DNA of 64,000 nucleotides from Mobula hypostoma (taxonomy: Eukaryota): contig NC_086108.1 in assembly GCF_963921235.1 (NCBI RefSeq), forward strand, positions 33,916,001 through 33,980,000, read 5' to 3'. Numbering within the stretch: the first letter of the stretch is position 1; each line of letters begins with the position of its first letter. Below, one piece after another: positions 61,046-64,000 of the stretch. The notes beneath the pieces are model-generated. The model was not told where the DNA came from, searched no databases, and saw nothing but the letters and a program-made list of their open reading frames with translations. The translations under genes were made by a program, and so were the position numbers.

Positions 61046-63832
61046 ATGATTCTTTGGGACATCCTGAGGTTTAGAGCATACTGGACAAAGGAGGGGCCAG
61101 GCCCGGAGTCACCCCATAGTGCCCGGAACCTCCAAGTGTTGCAAACTAATCCCTCGAACATGAAGTCTAACAGGAGACGGATCAAATGGCCTGCAGCTAA
61201 CGTGACTTCACTGTGGAAGCAGTTTGATGAAGATGTTAACCAAATTTTGGAGACAACGGCGAAGGGAGGGGTTGATAGGAAGCTGCAAGCCATGCCAACA
61301 ATTATTGTTAGTATCGCAGCTGAACGGTTCGGAGAAGAGGAGAAGAAAGGCTCCGAAACATCTTACTCGAAGAACCAAAGAGCATTGAGGATCCACAACA
61401 TCAGGCAGGAGATGAAAGCGCTGGAGTCCCAATACAAGGAGGCAGGAGAAGAGGATCGCATTGGCTTGGCCCAGCTGATGTGCATACTACGAAAGAAGAT
61501 CAGGGTCCTCCGCCGGGCAGAGTGGCATCGGAGGTGGCGTCGTGAAAGGGCCCGAAAACGTGCTGCCTTTATCGCCAACCCCTTCAAGTTCACCAAGGAG
61601 TTGCTGGGGGAGAAGCGCAGTGGGAAACTGGCCTGTTCACAGGAAGACATAGACCAACATCTGAAGAAGATGTATAATGATCCTGAAAGAGAGCAGGAGT
61701 TGGGAGAGTGCGACATCCTAATAGACCCACCTGAACCGGATGTGCAGTTCGACGTGTCAGAGCTGCAACTAAAGGAAGTCAGAGAGGTCGTCCGCAAAGC
61801 AAGGGCAAGCTCGGCTCCAGGACCAAGCAACACCTCGTACAAAGTGTACAAGAACTGCCCCAAACTCCTGCTGCGTCTGTGGAAGATCCTGAGAATCTTC
61901 TGGAGAAGGGGAAAGATCCCAGAACAGTGGAGAGTGTTTGAAGGGGTGTGGATCCCGAAGGAGGAAAATGCCACCCAGATAGATCAGTTTCGCATCATCT
62001 CCCTGCTGTGTGTCGAGGCGAAGATCTTCCTCAGCGCAGTTTCTAACCGGCTGTGCACCTACCTAGCAAAGAACACTTATATTGATACATCAGTCCAGAA
62101 GGGTGGCATTTCAGGGATGCCAGGCTGTCTGGAGCACATCGGTGTGGTGACACAGCTCATCAGGGAGGCCAGAGAGAACAAAGGCAACCTGTCATTGCTG
62201 TGGCTCGACCTGGCAAATGCATATGGCTCCATTCCGCACAAGCTGGTGCAGCTCACACTGACCAAATATCACGTCCCCAGCAGAATCAGAGACCTTATTG
62301 CTGATTATTACAGCAACTTCAGGATGAGGGTCTCTTCAGGAGCAATTACATCAACCTGGCACAAGGTGGAGATTGGCATCATCACAGGGTGCACTATCTC
62401 AGTGACACTGTTCTCCCTAGCCATGAACATGCTCACTAAGTCTGCTGAACCAGAGTGCAGAGGGCCCAGAATGAATTCCGCTCAACGGCAACCACCTACC
62501 AGGGCATTCATGGATGACCTCACAGTCACCAAAGAATCAGTCCCAGGCTGCCGGAGGATTCTGCAGGGGCTCAAAAAGCTGGTGGAGTGGACCTGGATGC
62601 GTTTCAAACCTGCCAAATCAAGATCGATGGTGCTGAGGAAAGGGAAGGTGAAGAATAAGTTCCAGTTCAGCATCGCAGGCACAGCCATCCCAACCATCAC
62701 AGAAAAGCCAGTCAAGAGCTTACGTAAAGTTTTTGACAGCTCTTTAAGGGACACAACATCCACTCAGGCAACCTGCACCAAGTTGGATGGCTGGCTGAAA
62801 TCTGTGGACAAGTCTGGCCTACCTGGGAAGTTTAAAGCCTGGGTGTATCAGCATGGCATTCTTCCCAGAATCCTGTGGCCCCTCCTCGTCTATGCAGTTC
62901 CGATCTTGACAGTTGAAACCTTAGAGTGGAGGGTTAGCAACCACCTCAGGAGATGGCTGGGGCTGCCAAAGAGCCTGAGCAGCATCGCACTCTATGGACA
63001 CCACAACAAACTGCAACTGCCCTTCAAATCCTTGGAGGAAGAATTCAAGGTAACAAGAGCCAGAGAAGTGCTACAGTTTAGGGACTCAAGTGATCCGAAG
63101 GTGGCTAGAGCAGGGATCCAAGTAAGTACTGGCAGGAAGTGGAGGGCAGAGGAAGCTGTTCAGGAGGCAGAGGCGAGGCTGCGTCACAGGAGGCTGGTGG
63201 GAGTGGTCACACGAGGCCGAGCTGGGCTAGGATCCTTTCCAACTCCCCAAATGGACACCAGAGGGAGGGAAAGGCGTTGTCTAGTTCAGGAGGAGGTGAG
63301 AGCAGTAGTGGAGGAGATGAGAGCCTGCAAGGTGGTGGGAATGAAGCAACAGGGAGCTTGGACAAGATGGGAGAATGCGGTTGAGAGGAAATTGACCAGG
63401 GATGATCTTTGGAAAGTTGAACCACACCGCATCCAATTTCTCATCCAGGCAGTGTACGATGTGCTTCCAAGCCCATCAAACCTGCACACATGGCGCAAGG
63501 CAGAGTCATCTGCGTGCCCACTGTGCTCCAAGCGAGGAACCCTGGAGCACATCCTCAGTGGCTGTGCAAGGGCGCTTGGTGAGGGACGGTACAGGTGGAG
63601 GCATGATCAGGTCCTGAAGACCATCGCTGAAGCCGTCAGCGCAGGAGTTGAGTGGGCGAAGCAGTCCCGACCCTCCAAGCAGACCATTGCCTTTGTCAGA
63701 GCTGGGGAGCAGCCAATACCTGCCAAAAGAACATCTGCAGGCATTCTGACCTCTGCAAGGGACTGGCAGCTGTTGGTGGACCTCGAAGGGCAGCTGAAGT
63801 TCCCCAACCATATCGCAGCCATCACCCTGTGA
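61046..63832 (+). CDS. HERO-clade (R2-like, RLE-type) non-LTR retrotransposon ORF, 928 aa, truncated before the endonuclease catalytic core
   Basis: SAPGP, FRIISLL, VQKGG, WLDLANAYGS, GIITGCTIS, AFMDDL, CCHC knuckle CPLCSKRGTLEHILSGC, RHDQVL; in-frame PDIVLV..ELTVPWE after TGA 63830. Confidence 0.88.
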   Translation: MILWDILRFRAYWTKEGPGPESPHSARNLQVLQTNPSNMKSNRRRIKWPAANVTSLWKQFDEDVNQILETTAKGGVDRKLQAMPTIIVSIAAERFGEEEKKGSETSYSKNQRALRIHNIRQEMKALESQYKEAGEEDRIGLAQLMCILRKKIRVLRRAEWHRRWRRERARKRAAFIANPFKFTKELLGEKRSGKLACSQEDIDQHLKKMYNDPEREQELGECDILIDPPEPDVQFDVSELQLKEVREVVRKARASSAPGPSNTSYKVYKNCPKLLLRLWKILRIFWRRGKIPEQWRVFEGVWIPKEENATQIDQFRIISLLCVEAKIFLSAVSNRLCTYLAKNTYIDTSVQKGGISGMPGCLEHIGVVTQLIREARENKGNLSLLWLDLANAYGSIPHKLVQLTLTKYHVPSRIRDLIADYYSNFRMRVSSGAITSTWHKVEIGIITGCTISVTLFSLAMNMLTKSAEPECRGPRMNSAQRQPPTRAFMDDLTVTKESVPGCRRILQGLKKLVEWTWMRFKPAKSRSMVLRKGKVKNKFQFSIAGTAIPTITEKPVKSLRKVFDSSLRDTTSTQATCTKLDGWLKSVDKSGLPGKFKAWVYQHGILPRILWPLLVYAVPILTVETLEWRVSNHLRRWLGLPKSLSSIALYGHHNKLQLPFKSLEEEFKVTRAREVLQFRDSSDPKVARAGIQVSTGRKWRAEEAVQEAEARLRHRRLVGVVTRGRAGLGSFPTPQMDTRGRERRCLVQEEVRAVVEEMRACKVVGMKQQGAWTRWENAVERKLTRDDLWKVEPHRIQFLIQAVYDVLPSPSNLHTWRKAESSACPLCSKRGTLEHILSGCARALGEGRYRWRHDQVLKTIAEAVSAGVEWAKQSRPSKQTIAFVRAGEQPIPAKRTSAGILTSARDWQLLVDLEGQLKFPNHIAAITL

Positions 63833-64000
63833 CCAGACATTGTCCTAGTGTCTGAGTCTACTAAGCAAGTGGTGCTGCTGGAGCTGACAGTCCCATGGGA
63901 AGATAGCTTGGAAGAGGCCTTTGAAAAGTAGCTCTCCAAGTACACAGGACTGGTCAGCAACTGTCAGCAGGCTGGATGGAGAGCGAGGTGTCTCACAGTG
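61084..64000 (+). mobile_element. HERO-type retrotransposon, 5'-truncated, runs off the window
   Basis: Abrupt rise in GC/CpG at ~61080; RT + CCHC + RLE; stops at 63830-32 and 63929-31. Confidence 0.85.

Noticed and set aside
61208..63960. Antisense and alternate-frame ORFs over the HERO element (likewise over the CR1s)
   Set aside because: Shadow ORFs of GC-richer coding sequence with no motifs

Overview
Eukaryotic, AT-rich, repeat-saturated DNA. The repeat families (V-SINE/HE1-like SINEs, Deu-type SINEs, many CR1 subfamilies, Penelope pLTR fragments, Rex/Babar) point by inference to a cartilaginous fish, probably a ray. I recognise no host protein-coding exon; every interpretable ORF is transposon-derived. 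Main contents: (1) a Gypsy LTR element (1082-5858, TSD TTTC) with RT-RNaseH running almost directly into the PPT, i.e. a Gmr1-like gene order; its gag/PR/IN region is replaced by a 150-bp CR1 3' end and its 3' LTR holds a Tigger with a ~320-bp internal palindrome. (2) A nested stack at 7.8-21.4 kb: old CR1 > full-length CR1 > solo LTR, and old CR1 > Mag-like Gypsy > two CR1s > tRNA-derived SINE. (3) A hAT-Charlie element carrying CR1 cargo. (4) A three-level CR1-in-CR1-in-CR1 nest. (5) Penelope elements plus three TSD-flanked 100-141-bp insertions, each containing a minimal type I hammerhead ribozyme motif. (6) A near-intact 928-aa HERO-type RLE retrotransposon ORF at the right end. I found no clearly new biological system. 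The hammerhead mini-insertions, the CR1/Gypsy chimera and the HERO element are the best leads. Family names come from motif recognition, not database searches.
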